NCBI GenBank assembly: GCA_023437745.1
Contig: JAEZFI010000045.1
Coordinates: forward strand, 1-62,439
Length of the DNA stretch: 62,439 nucleotides
Direction: 5' to 3'
Source of the DNA: Actinomycetes bacterium
Lineage (GTDB): Bacteria > Actinomycetota > Acidimicrobiia > Acidimicrobiales > Microtrichaceae
Shown here: piece after piece, positions 10,253 through 18,739 of the stretch
How the letters are laid out: each line of letters begins with the position of its first letter
Position numbering within the stretch: the first letter of the stretch is position 1
Translations under genes and position numbers: made by a program
The notes under the pieces: generated by a model
Seen by the model: the letters and a program-made list of their open reading frames with translations, nothing else
Told to the model about the DNA's origin: nothing
Database searches by the model: none

Positions 10253-11449
10253 TCAACCGTGACCGCCGATCGCGAGGCGTGCGAGCGCGACGTCGTCCCG
10301 CCAGCCCGTGACGGCCATGGCTTCGATCTCGCTGAGGAGCCGAGCCAGCACGCCGGGTTCGGTCCCCTGGTTCCGCACGATGATGTCGACGACGTCCTCG
10401 AGGGTGAGGATGGCGCCGGCCTCGCCCCGGACCTCGTACAACCCGTCGGTGTAGAGGGTCACCTCGACCGGGTTGTCGATGTCCACCGTCGTCCCCTCCC
10501 AACGCCGGTCCCCGACGGTGATGCCCAGAGGGGGGCGCCGCCGTTCGTCGTGGACGATCCGGCCGTCGGACAGGATCGGTGGCGGGTGCCCGGCCGATCG
10601 CACGGTGAGCTGGCGTCGGGTCCGGTCGACGGTGATCTCGCAGACCGTGGCGAAGACGTTCGGAGCGGGCCGCTCGCTCATGAGCACCGCCTCGAGCCGG
10701 GGCAGGACGTCGGCGTCGGGCTCGGAGGTCAGGGCGAGGGTGCGCCAACCGATGCGGAGGGCGACACCGAGCGCGGCCTCGTCGGTGCCGTGCCCGGCGA
10801 CGTCGCCGATCACCATCCGGAGGGTCCCGTCCTCGAGCTCGACGCAGTCGGAGAAGTCGCCGCCGATCAGGCCGTCGCGTGACACGACGTACCGTCCCGC
10901 CAGCCGGATCTCCGGTGAGCGGAGGTGCGGCGTCGCGATGAGATGCCGCTCCAGGCGCCGCTGCTCGCGCTCCCGTGTGGCGGCCACCTCGAGCGCGGCG
11001 GCGGTGGTCTCGGCCCGCTTCCGCTCGATGGCGAAGCGCACGGCGCGGGCGATGGTGCCGCCGTTCTCCTGCCCCTTGATGAGGTAGTCCTGGGCGCCGG
11101 TGCGGAGCGCCCGGCTGCCGAGGTCGGCGCCCGCCCAGCCGGTGAGGACCACGACCGGCAGCTCGGGGAGTGCGTCTCGGATGGCGACGAGCGCGTCGAG
11201 GCCCTCGTTGCCGGGCAGGGCCAGGTCGACGACGACGCAGCTCGGACGGTGTCGCCGGGCTTCCTCCAGGCCGGACGCGAGGGAGTCGGCGATCCGGATG
11301 GACAGGTGCGCGTCGGCGCTGCTGACCCGCGCCTCGAACGCGTGGGCGTCGACGGGGTCGGCCTCGATGAGGAGGACCGAGCGCTCGGCGTTGCCGCCCC
11401 CCGAACGCCCCTCGGTGGTGAGGGGGTCGGCCGGGGGGCGCACCATCAC
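10253..11449 (-). CDS. Response regulator receiver fused to PP2C/SpoIIE phosphatase (RsbU-like)
   Basis: 398 aa. The receiver part reads VLLIEADP...VVVDLALPG...DYLIKG, followed by GGDFSD...IGDVAGHGTDEAA, which are PP2C motifs. Confidence 0.85.
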   Translation of the reverse strand: MMVRPPADPLTTEGRSGGGNAERSVLLIEADPVDAHAFEARVSSADAHLSIRIADSLASGLEEARRHRPSCVVVDLALPGNEGLDALVAIRDALPELPVVVLTGWAGADLGSRALRTGAQDYLIKGQENGGTIARAVRFAIERKRAETTAAALEVAATREREQRRLERHLIATPHLRSPEIRLAGRYVVSRDGLIGGDFSDCVELEDGTLRMVIGDVAGHGTDEAALGVALRIGWRTLALTSEPDADVLPRLEAVLMSERPAPNVFATVCEITVDRTRRQLTVRSAGHPPPILSDGRIVHDERRRPPLGITVGDRRWEGTTVDIDNPVEVTLYTDGLYEVRGEAGAILTLEDVVDIIVRNQGTEPGVLARLLSEIEAMAVTGWRDDVALARLAIGGHG

Positions 11450-12036
11450 GGTCGGCGCCGCGCCACCGTGAGGCCGGCGGCCACGAGGCCGAGGGCTGCG
11501 AGCACGACCGCGCCGATGACGATCGCCGAGGAGCTGTCGTCGTCGGCGGACACCGAGGCGTCTCCGGACGCATCCCTGGCGGCGGTGGTGGTCGGGGCCT
11601 GCGGCGAGATGGCGACCGGCGCGGTCGTGGTCGGCGTGGCGGCAGGGATCGTGACCGATCGTTCGATCCGGGCGGCGGGGTCCTCGCTGGCGATGGTGAC
11701 GGCGAAGGTGCCGGGTCGGAGGGTGAGCGTGGTCGTGTAGGTGCCGGGCGCGCCTGTGGACGCGAGGGTCGCGCTCACCGGTTGGCCGCCGTCGGACGGC
11801 GTGGCCGTCGCCGTGACCACGGCGCCGTCGACGGGGTCCCCGTCGTTCTCGAAGCTCAGCACGACCTCGTAGGTGACGGTGTCGGCCTCGATCCGTCCGT
11901 CGACGTCGACGGCGAAGATGCCGACGTCGCCGTGTGCGCTGACGGCAGGGGCGAGGGTGAGCAGTGCGATCGGCGCCAGAAGGAGGCCGAACAGGACCGG
12001 GCGCAGCCGGGGGCGGCAGGGACTCATCGGCGCCAT
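11446..12036 (-). CDS. Secreted, C-terminally membrane-anchored protein of unknown function
   Basis: ATG 12036 (alternative 12027) gives a signal peptide ending AVSA|HGD, a beta-rich domain, a Thr/Pro linker, and a C-terminal TM followed by RRRP. The stop overlaps the downstream RR-PP2C start. Confidence 0.6.
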   Translation of the reverse strand: MAPMSPCRPRLRPVLFGLLLAPIALLTLAPAVSAHGDVGIFAVDVDGRIEADTVTYEVVLSFENDGDPVDGAVVTATATPSDGGQPVSATLASTGAPGTYTTTLTLRPGTFAVTIASEDPAARIERSVTIPAATPTTTAPVAISPQAPTTTAARDASGDASVSADDDSSSAIVIGAVVLAALGLVAAGLTVARRRP

Positions 12037-12136
12037 CTTGTCACCGGAGGCCGTTGCCGGCAGGCCGGCCGACCGCCGAGCGAGGGGCCGGCCATCCCCG
12101 CGGACGAAGCGCCGGCGCAGCCCTAGAGTCGGGGGC

Positions 12137-12379
12137 ATGACCGACGAAGTCCGCAAAGCCCTCTCGGATCTCACCGGCGAGCTCGAGGGCCACGAGGGAC
12201 CGCACGCCGAGCGGGCCAAGGCGCTGCTCGGCGAGGCGAGCTCGGCCGTGGAGGCCGACGAGCACGAGGGCATCGGCGACCGACTGACCGAGGCGGCCAT
12301 CCACTTCGAAGTCGATCACCCGGACCTGTCGGCGGTCATCCGGCGGGCCGCGCAGCTGTTCGGCGCCGCCGGCATCTGA
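12137..12379 (+). CDS. DUF4404-like small protein
   Basis: 80 aa from ATG 12137. The helical acidic protein ends ...AAQLFGAAGI, resembling the DUF4404 C-terminus as I recall it. Confidence 0.55.
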   Translation: MTDEVRKALSDLTGELEGHEGPHAERAKALLGEASSAVEADEHEGIGDRLTEAAIHFEVDHPDLSAVIRRAAQLFGAAGI

Positions 12380-12448
12380 GGCGGTCCCACCCCCGGGGCC
12401 GACGACGCCCGACGTCGTGATCCCCTGGCAGAAGCTGGCGCACAACCG

Positions 12449-12474
12449 GGGTGAGATCCGCTCCGGTGGGGTAC
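12449..12474 (+). promoter_or_regulatory. GNNT-N16-GGGTAC motif, 9 nt before the in-frame ATG 12484 of the nuoF-like gene
   Basis: GGGTAC 12469-12474. The -35 fits only the loose GNNT form (GGGT 12449-12452). Confidence 0.35.
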
Positions 12475-12483
12475 CGGATGGGC

Positions 12484-13926
12484 ATGGATGCCTTCCGAGT
12501 CCTCGAACCCGCGTCCGTCGACACGTTGGCCGCCCATGTGGACGCCGGCGGCGGCGAGGGGCTCTCCGCCGCTCGTCGCGTCGGCACCGACGTGCTCCTG
12601 GGGCTGCTCCACGACGCCGGCCTCCGCGGTCGGGGGGGTGCCGGCTTCCCGACGTGGCGGAAGTGGCAGGCCGCCGCGGCGGCGCTGTCCGACGTCGCCG
12701 CCACCCCGGTGGTGATCAACGCCGCCGAGGGGGAGCCGGGGACCTTCAAGGACCGGGCGCTGCTGCGCACCAACCCGTACCGGGTGCTCGAGGGTGCGCT
12801 GATCGCTGCGCACGCCGTCGCCGCGGACTCGGTGGTCGTCGGGCTCAAGGGCTCGTTCGCCCGGGAGCACGAGCGGCTCCGGCGGGCCATCGACGAGCTG
12901 CGCGACGCCGACTGGCTGGGTGACGTCGAGGTCAGGTTGGTGGCCGGCCCGGAGGAGTACCTCTTCGGCGAGGAGACGGCACTGCTCGAGGTTCTCGACG
13001 GACGTCAGCCGTTCCCCCGGATCACGCCGCCCTACCGGCGGGGCGTCGACGAGGACGCGGACGCCGGTCGATCGGCCTCCGACGTCGAGCTGGCCGCACC
13101 CGGGGGCGCGGCGGGCTCGCCGGCCCTCGTCAACAACGTGGAGACGCTGGCGAACGTGCCGGGCATCGTCGCGAGGGGTGCAGCGTGGTTCCGGGAGGTC
13201 GGCACGGAGGCGTCGCCCGGGACGGTCGTGTGCACGGTCTCGGGTGCGACGCAGCGGGCCGGAGTGGCCGAGGTCCCGCTGGGGACCCCGCTGCGTGAGG
13301 TGCTCGAGCTGATCGGCGGTGGTGCGCAGCGCGGCCACCAGCTCATGTCCGTGCTCCCCGGGGTGGCGAACGCCCTGATCCCCGACGAGCTCTTCGGGAC
13401 CGCCCTCACCTACGAGGACATGGCCGCTGCCGGCACCGGGCTCGGATCGGCGGGGTTCATCGTCTTCGACGAGCGCACGGATCCGGTGGCTGTCGCCGCC
13501 GGGGTCGCCCACTTCCTGTCGGTCGAGTCCTGCGGGCAGTGCGAGCCCTGCAAGCGGGACGGACTGGCGCTGGCCTCCCTCCTCGCCCAGGTGCGGGAGG
13601 GTGAGGCGTCGGACCGCGAGGTGGCGCTGATCCGGGACCGGTTGGGCACGGTGACCGACGGTGCCCGCTGCTACCTCGCCCAGCAGCAGCAGAACGTGAT
13701 CCAGAGCGTGTTGCGCCTGTACCCGGAGCTGATCGGCGAGCACCTGCGCGGGCTGGTCAGCCCGCCGGTGGCGGTCGGCCCGCTGGTCGACATCGTCGAC
13801 GGGATCGCCACCGTCGACGCCCACGAGTTGAAGCAGCCCGACTGGTCGTACGACCCGATCGACTCCGGTACCCCGCCCGCCGCGAGGCTGGCCGACACCC
13901 CCGTCCACGTCGCCGCCGCCCGCTGA
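12484..13926 (+). CDS. NuoF-like FMN/NADH-binding iron-sulfur flavoprotein (orphan complex I 51 kDa family)
   Basis: Motifs seen are GLRGRGGAGFPT, NAAEGEPGTFKDR, EETALLEVL and CGQCEPCKRDG. The start was chosen at ATG 12484, 9 nt after a GGGTAC box; the track ORF starts at 12451. Confidence 0.8.
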   Translation: MDAFRVLEPASVDTLAAHVDAGGGEGLSAARRVGTDVLLGLLHDAGLRGRGGAGFPTWRKWQAAAAALSDVAATPVVINAAEGEPGTFKDRALLRTNPYRVLEGALIAAHAVAADSVVVGLKGSFAREHERLRRAIDELRDADWLGDVEVRLVAGPEEYLFGEETALLEVLDGRQPFPRITPPYRRGVDEDADAGRSASDVELAAPGGAAGSPALVNNVETLANVPGIVARGAAWFREVGTEASPGTVVCTVSGATQRAGVAEVPLGTPLREVLELIGGGAQRGHQLMSVLPGVANALIPDELFGTALTYEDMAAAGTGLGSAGFIVFDERTDPVAVAAGVAHFLSVESCGQCEPCKRDGLALASLLAQVREGEASDREVALIRDRLGTVTDGARCYLAQQQQNVIQSVLRLYPELIGEHLRGLVSPPVAVGPLVDIVDGIATVDAHELKQPDWSYDPIDSGTPPAARLADTPVHVAAAR

Positions 13927-13935
13927 CGGAGTGCT

Positions 13936-14013
13936 CTGCCACCCCCCGATCTCTCTGCCACCCCCCGGTCTCGGCCACCCCCCGATCTCTCGGCCACCAC
14001 CCCCCGTTCTCGG
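13936..14013. repeat. Four tandem degenerate copies of a ~19-nt unit, GCCACCCCCCG(A/G/T)TCTC...
   Basis: Read directly: units at 13936-13954, 13955-13973, 13974-13992 and 13993-14013. The reverse complement reads CCGAGAACGGGGGGTGG..., which is related to the units at 44246-44276. Confidence 0.8.
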
Positions 14014-14018
14014 GGTCC

Positions 14019-14041
14019 AGCGCATCGGTTTCCGACGCGCT
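14019..14041. terminator. GC-rich hairpin between the nuoF-like gene and the tRNA (10-bp stem with 1 mismatch, TTT loop)
   Basis: AGCGCATCGG-TTT-CCGACGCGCT. A second hairpin, AACCCCG-AGAACG-CGGGGTT, lies at 14043-14062. Neither has a U-tract. Confidence 0.4.
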
Positions 14042-14078
14042 CAACCCCGAGAACGCGGGGTTGCGGCGGGCTGTGACG

Positions 14079-14154
14079 TGGTGCCCCCGGCATGATTCGA
14101 ACATGCGACGCACGGTTTAGGAAACCGACGCTCTATCCCCTGAGCTACGAGGGC
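14079..14154 (-). tRNA. tRNA-Arg (anticodon CCT)
   Basis: Hand-folded cloverleaf on the minus strand: acceptor GCCCTCG/CGGGGGC, D arm GCTC-AGGGGATA-GAGC, anticodon loop TTCCTAA, T arm GCATG-TTCGAAT-CATGC, discriminator A and an encoded CCA. 76 nt. Confidence 0.9.
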
Positions 14155-14200
14155 GGGGCCGGCGCGCAACGTGGCAGAAGACTGCTCGGTGACGTCGCCG

Positions 14201-14221
14201 GATACGAGGAGGCATCGTATC
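14201..14221 (-). terminator. Hairpin downstream of the hemerythrin gene
   Basis: GATACGA-GGAGGCA-TCGTATC, 34 nt beyond the stop at 14255. No U-tract. Confidence 0.3.
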
Positions 14222-14254
14222 GGCCGCCTTCGGGAGCTCCCAGCGGCGTTCCAG

Positions 14255-14791
14255 TCAGCGTTGTGCGAGCGCCTCGTGGAGCTCAGCCTTCGTCATCGAC
14301 GACCGGCCTTCGATCCCGGCCTCCTGAGCTTGCTGGTACAGCTCGTCCTTCGTCTTCTCGTCCAACGCGTCCGACCTCAGCGATTCCTTCAGGTCGTGCG
14401 GGTCGCCCAGCGCCTCGATCTCACGGGCCGCCTTCTGGCGCAGCCGCGGGAAGATGGTCTGCTCCTCTTCCTCGACGTGGTGCTCGATGCCCGTCTGCAG
14501 CATCTCCACTGCGGCGACGAAGCCCGGCTGGGCGATCAGCTCGCGCATCCTCTCGAGGCCTGCACGTGTGAGTTGATGCTCGTTCTCGGCGCCTGCGCTC
14601 TGCTCCACTCCGACCTTGGACTGCACGATCGGGTACACGAAGCGCTCCTCCACGGCCATGTGCGTGGCGAGCGACTTCTCGAGAGCTTCGAGTGTCTTCT
14701 CCCGGACGTTGCCGGGTTCGGTCGAGGCCAGCGTCCGCAACATCGCTCTCACGCTGCTGTGCTCCTCGACGAGATGGTCCAAGATGTCCAC
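14255..14791 (-). CDS. Hemerythrin HHE cation-binding domain protein with a C-terminal Rho_N/SAP-like tail
   Basis: 178 aa with GTG start preceded by GAAGGAGG. H/E ligand pattern (EEHSS, ATHMAVEE, IEHHVEEEE). The tail reads SMTKAELHEALAQR. Confidence 0.8.
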   Translation of the reverse strand: MDILDHLVEEHSSVRAMLRTLASTEPGNVREKTLEALEKSLATHMAVEERFVYPIVQSKVGVEQSAGAENEHQLTRAGLERMRELIAQPGFVAAVEMLQTGIEHHVEEEEQTIFPRLRQKAAREIEALGDPHDLKESLRSDALDEKTKDELYQQAQEAGIEGRSSMTKAELHEALAQR

Positions 14792-14839
14792 GAGGTCCTC
14801 CTTCGTCGTCGAGCGCTGGTACCCGGGAGCGGTCGAGCG

Positions 14840-16966
14840 CTAGCCCTCGGGACCCGCCGAGCGCACCGGACGGCGCTTCCGACCTGCCGCCGAAACCATC
14901 GTGAGGCCGACGATCAGGAGCATCGCGCCGCTCGTCGCCAGGCGGAGATCGAGACCGCCGGTCACGGCCAAGGCAACGGGTGCCGCCCGCCGCGCGGCGC
15001 CGCCGGACCGGACCACGGGGGTGACCGACTGCGACGGCGACGGCACGCTGTTGCCCACGGCGTTGGTCGCCACGACGGCGAGGGAAGAGGTGGAGCCGTT
15101 GGCGAGGCCCGTGATCGTGCACGGGCTGGACCGGCAGCTCACGGTCCTGCCGCCGGGCGACACCAGGATCGAGTAGCCCGTGATCGCCGAGCCGTTGTCG
15201 GAGGGTGCGGCGAACTCGACGGTGGCCGAGCCGTCGCCGGCGATGACGGTGAAGGACGTGACGGAGTCGGGGACCGCGGCGGGGACGACGGCGTTCGAGG
15301 TGACCGCCGGGCCGGTGCCGACAGCGTTCACGGCCGACACGGCAACGGAGTAGGTGGTGCCGTTGGTCAGCCCGGTGAGCACGCACGGACTCGCGGCGCA
15401 CGAGTGCGAGGACCCGCCCGGAGCGAGCGTCAGCGTGTACACGGTGATCGGCGAGCCGTTGCCCGCCGGCGCGTCGAAGCTGACCCTGATCGACCGATCG
15501 CCGCGCGTGGCGGACACCCAGCCCGGCGCGCCCGGCACCGACACGGGCGTGACCGCCACGGTGTTGCTGGCCGCTCCGTCGCCGACGCTGTTCTGGGCCC
15601 GGACGCGAAGGTCGTGGAGCGTGCCGTTGGTGAGGCCCCCGACGGTGGCCGCGATGGTTGTGACCACGTTGCCGTCGACGACCGAGTCGACCGGGGTGGT
15701 CGCGATCGACGTCCACGGGCCGCCATCGATCGACACCTGGTAGGCGGTGATCACCGCCCCTCCGTCGCTGGCAGGGTTCCAGCTGAGGTGGGCCGCCGAG
15801 TCGGAGGGGACGGCCGAGAGGGTCGGGGCCGAGGGGGTGGTCGGCGCGTTGGCCACCAACACGTCGGTGGTGTCGGTGACGACGCCGGCGAACCCCGTGC
15901 CCAGGCCCGGGTCATCGTTCGTCTTGCCGCCGTACTCCACCACGTAGCCCTCGACGGCCACCGTGTCGTAGGGGGAGAGGTCGTTCCAGGCGCCCAGCGT
16001 TCCGATCCAGTTGGTGACCGCAGCCCACTCGCCGTCGTAGGCGACGGCCCCCGAGCCGCTGTAGTTGTTGGGCTCGGTGAACTCGGGGGGCGGATCCCAG
16101 GGGAACGCAGGGGTCATGGCCCACGAGGCGTAGTGGTCCGCAGCGTCCTGGAAGTCGCACACACCGATCGCGTTGGCGCACTTGCTGATGACCTGCCCCG
16201 CGATGGCGCTCTCGTCGGCGCCGGCCGTCCATCGCCACACCCGGGGATAGGTGACGCCGTCGACGGTCGCCAGGGCCTCGGTGCCGTCGGTGGCGTTCGA
16301 CTCGTAGACGCGCGCTCCGATCCAGGTGTTGTTGGCGTTGGCGATGCCGTGGGAGAGGAAGTCGTTGACCGAGTCGTCGGGGATGGTCGCCAGGTAGCCG
16401 CGCTGCCCCTGGAAGGTCCGTGCCTTGGCTGCCGCGTCGGCCGACACCCAGTCGATGTTCGGTGCGGGGACGTACTCGTAGAAGTGCTGGTTGGACGCCA
16501 GGTAGTACGACACCGACTGCGAGACGAGGGCGGTCAGGCTGACGTGCGCGGTGCCCGTCGTCCCCGAGGTCGTCAGGTCGACGGTGGCCAGCGCGGCGTT
16601 GATGTCGCTCTGCGATCCGGTGAAGGTGATCGATCCGGTACCGGTCCAGCTGTTGGCGTAGGCGAGCGTGAGTCCGCTCGTCGTCGCGATGTCGAGCGTG
16701 CCCAGGTCCGTGGCCACGGTCGCCTGGAGGACGTCGGTGGGGTTGCCGTCGACCGCCAGCCCCGGCAGCGGCGTCGTGCCGTTGGGGACGACCCAGCTGA
16801 GGGTGGTCGAGCTGACCGTCAACGATGCAGCGGCGGCGGCGGGCGAAGCCCCGATGATCGGCGTTCCGAATGCGGCGACCGTCAGGATCGCTGCGATGGT
16901 CCACCGGCGCCTCAGCGCGGACGTCCCAGCGAGCACCGGGCGAAAAGAGTTCGGAGCGCGACGCAC
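14840..16966 (-). CDS. Cell-surface protein: signal peptide, N-terminal domain, C-type lectin-like domain, three FN3 domains, LAxTG sorting signal
   Basis: Lectin-like segment (HFYEYV...WIGARV...WRWTAG...GAWNDL). Three repeats resemble FN3. The C-terminus is LAVTG, then a hydrophobic stretch, then RKRR. The start is uncertain: GTG at 17044, 16966 or 16936. Confidence 0.75.
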   Translation of the reverse strand: MRRAPNSFRPVLAGTSALRRRWTIAAILTVAAFGTPIIGASPAAAAASLTVSSTTLSWVVPNGTTPLPGLAVDGNPTDVLQATVATDLGTLDIATTSGLTLAYANSWTGTGSITFTGSQSDINAALATVDLTTSGTTGTAHVSLTALVSQSVSYYLASNQHFYEYVPAPNIDWVSADAAAKARTFQGQRGYLATIPDDSVNDFLSHGIANANNTWIGARVYESNATDGTEALATVDGVTYPRVWRWTAGADESAIAGQVISKCANAIGVCDFQDAADHYASWAMTPAFPWDPPPEFTEPNNYSGSGAVAYDGEWAAVTNWIGTLGAWNDLSPYDTVAVEGYVVEYGGKTNDDPGLGTGFAGVVTDTTDVLVANAPTTPSAPTLSAVPSDSAAHLSWNPASDGGAVITAYQVSIDGGPWTSIATTPVDSVVDGNVVTTIAATVGGLTNGTLHDLRVRAQNSVGDGAASNTVAVTPVSVPGAPGWVSATRGDRSIRVSFDAPAGNGSPITVYTLTLAPGGSSHSCAASPCVLTGLTNGTTYSVAVSAVNAVGTGPAVTSNAVVPAAVPDSVTSFTVIAGDGSATVEFAAPSDNGSAITGYSILVSPGGRTVSCRSSPCTITGLANGSTSSLAVVATNAVGNSVPSPSQSVTPVVRSGGAARRAAPVALAVTGGLDLRLATSGAMLLIVGLTMVSAAGRKRRPVRSAGPEG

Positions 16967-17122
16967 CGCTTCCCGTCGGCCGACCCTCGACGGACATGAG
17001 GGTCCACCGCGATGACTCGGTGCGGGATCGGCGGATCGGACCACGTGTCGCCAGGGCTCGATCGCCGAGAATGCTGCCGGTTCTGCCTATCCTCGCCCGT
17101 TCGACCCGAGGGGGAGCAGCTG

Positions 17123-17488
17123 ATGCGCAAGATCGTTCGTGGAGCAGCGGTGGCGACGGTGGCGGTCGTCGCCCTCACAGGATGCGACCTGGGGATGGCC
17201 ACGGCAGGGGCCGGCTGCCTGAAGCCGGGCGAGTTCGCGCAGGACGGCACCCACGTGCTCAAGTGCAACGACGCAGGCATGTGGGAGGCCGGCATCACCG
17301 TCGCCGTCGCCGACCAGTACTACGAGGTCCTCAAGGCGCACCTTGCCCGCGAGTCGAAGATGCGTGACAGCTGGAAGAACTGCACCGAGGTGCGCGACGC
17401 AGGAGTGGCACCGATCCTGCGGGGAGAACGCGGCTACGCAGCGAAGCTCGACCGGGACGACGACGGCCAGGCCTGCGAGTTCGAGTAG
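17123..17488 (+). CDS. Lipoprotein with C-terminal excalibur calcium-binding domain
   Basis: ATG 17123 follows GAGGGGGA. Lipobox VVALTGC. The C-terminus is DRDDDGQACEFE (DxDxDGxxCE). Confidence 0.7.
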   Translation: MRKIVRGAAVATVAVVALTGCDLGMATAGAGCLKPGEFAQDGTHVLKCNDAGMWEAGITVAVADQYYEVLKAHLARESKMRDSWKNCTEVRDAGVAPILRGERGYAAKLDRDDDGQACEFE

Positions 17489-17509
17489 GCGGACCGGGGG
17501 CGCAGGCCG

Positions 17510-17977
17510 TCAGGCCTGATCCTCGTCGTCCAGGCGTGCGGTGAACCCCTCGCGATCCTCGGGCCGGTCGAACCCGACGACCGCCCACGCGTGCTCCCGG
17601 CCGGCGCGCCGGAGTGCCTCGACGCGGTGGTTGCCGTCCTCGAGCTTCATCTGGTCGTCCCGGTAGGTGACGATGACCGGCGGCGTGTCGTAGCCGTCGC
17701 GGACCTTGTCGGACAGCTCGTCGACGTCGTCCCGCCAGTCGTCCTCGTCGACCTCGGCGAGGGCCGGCGCGCCCGGAGGTCCGGCGAGTCGGGCCAACTC
17801 GTCGATCCGCACCTGCACCGGGCCGAGCCACCAGCGGGGTTGCTCCGTCAGCTGCGCTGCCAGCGCGGCGTTGTCGCTCCCCGGGCTGGACAGGAACGCC
17901 GCCACCCAGTCGGCCAGCGCACCTGCGTCGGCGGCCGACCGCGCGCCGCCCGTCGAGAAGTCCTCTTGGTCCACCAC
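17510..17977 (-). CDS. ParB/Srx-like N-terminal domain protein
   Basis: 155 aa. LEDGNHRVEALRRAG resembles the ParB-N DGxHR motif. Confidence 0.55.
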   Translation of the reverse strand: MVDQEDFSTGGARSAADAGALADWVAAFLSSPGSDNAALAAQLTEQPRWWLGPVQVRIDELARLAGPPGAPALAEVDEDDWRDDVDELSDKVRDGYDTPPVIVTYRDDQMKLEDGNHRVEALRRAGREHAWAVVGFDRPEDREGFTARLDDEDQA

Positions 17978-18005
17978 GGCCCTGTGGTACCCGTTCGGCA
18001 GGCGG

Positions 18006-18644
18006 TCATCCCTCGCCGTCGACCGCGAGGTGCACTGCGTCGTTGTAGGTGCGCAGGATCCACCGTCCGGTCGCGTCGTCGTGCTCCCACTCGGTCATCC
18101 CGGTGTTCGACGGCCGAAGGTGTGCGCTGGTGGCGGGATCGAGGATCCCGAGCAGCAGGCGCATCGACGCCATGATGAAGCCGGCGTGGCACACGGCCAC
18201 CACGACCTGGTCGCGGTGCTCGCGAGCCAGCCGTTCGAGGGTCCTCGAGACCCGGGCGTGGAAGCCGTTCCAGCTGTCGCCGCCCGGCGCGAACGGCCGA
18301 TCCGGTTCCGCCTCCATGTCGAACGAGCCGAAGTCGGCGTTGTAGTCGGCCCAGTCGGTCCCGTCCGCCTCGCCGGTGTGGAACTCGCACAGGTCGCAGT
18401 CGTGCGCCGACACCTCCAGTCCGAGGCCCGGGGCGATGATCTCCGCCGTCTCGATGGCGCGGGGGAGCACGCTCGCCAGCAGCACGTCGCAGCGGATCCG
18501 TCCCGTGGTAGCGAGGTGGTCGCGCAGGAGCTCGGCCTGACGGCGTCCGAGGTCGGTCAGCCCCTTGCAGCCCGTCGGTCCGGCGATCGGACCGTGGAAC
18601 CCGGCCTGTGCCTCACCGTGACGGACGAGGACGAGTCGCATCAT
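18006..18644 (-). CDS. Histidine phosphatase (phosphoglycerate mutase family)
   Basis: N-terminal LVLVRHGE (RHG motif) and a later CHAGFI motif. Confidence 0.85.
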   Translation of the reverse strand: MMRLVLVRHGEAQAGFHGPIAGPTGCKGLTDLGRRQAELLRDHLATTGRIRCDVLLASVLPRAIETAEIIAPGLGLEVSAHDCDLCEFHTGEADGTDWADYNADFGSFDMEAEPDRPFAPGGDSWNGFHARVSRTLERLAREHRDQVVVAVCHAGFIMASMRLLLGILDPATSAHLRPSNTGMTEWEHDDATGRWILRTYNDAVHLAVDGEG

Positions 18645-18739
18645 CGCAACGTATCGGAGGTGGGTCTGACGTCGTCCGCGGCGAGATGGCGTTGCACTGC
18701 GGTCGACCGACGCGGGGCCGTACGTGGTAGACGACCGGG

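Noticed and set aside
9777-11573. The 598-aa track ORF treated as a single gene.
   Set aside because: Only the last 140 codons look like a real RsbW-like protein. The upstream part is Arg/Pro-rich and overlaps the well-supported RR-PP2C gene in another frame.
13936-14013. Possible CRISPR array.
   Set aside because: The units are directly adjacent with no spacers, are only ~19 nt long and degenerate, and no cas genes are present.
13927-14254. Integrated mobile element or genomic island at tRNA-Arg.
   Set aside because: I found no integrase, excisionase or transposase on either side, and no second copy of the tRNA 3' end elsewhere in the window.
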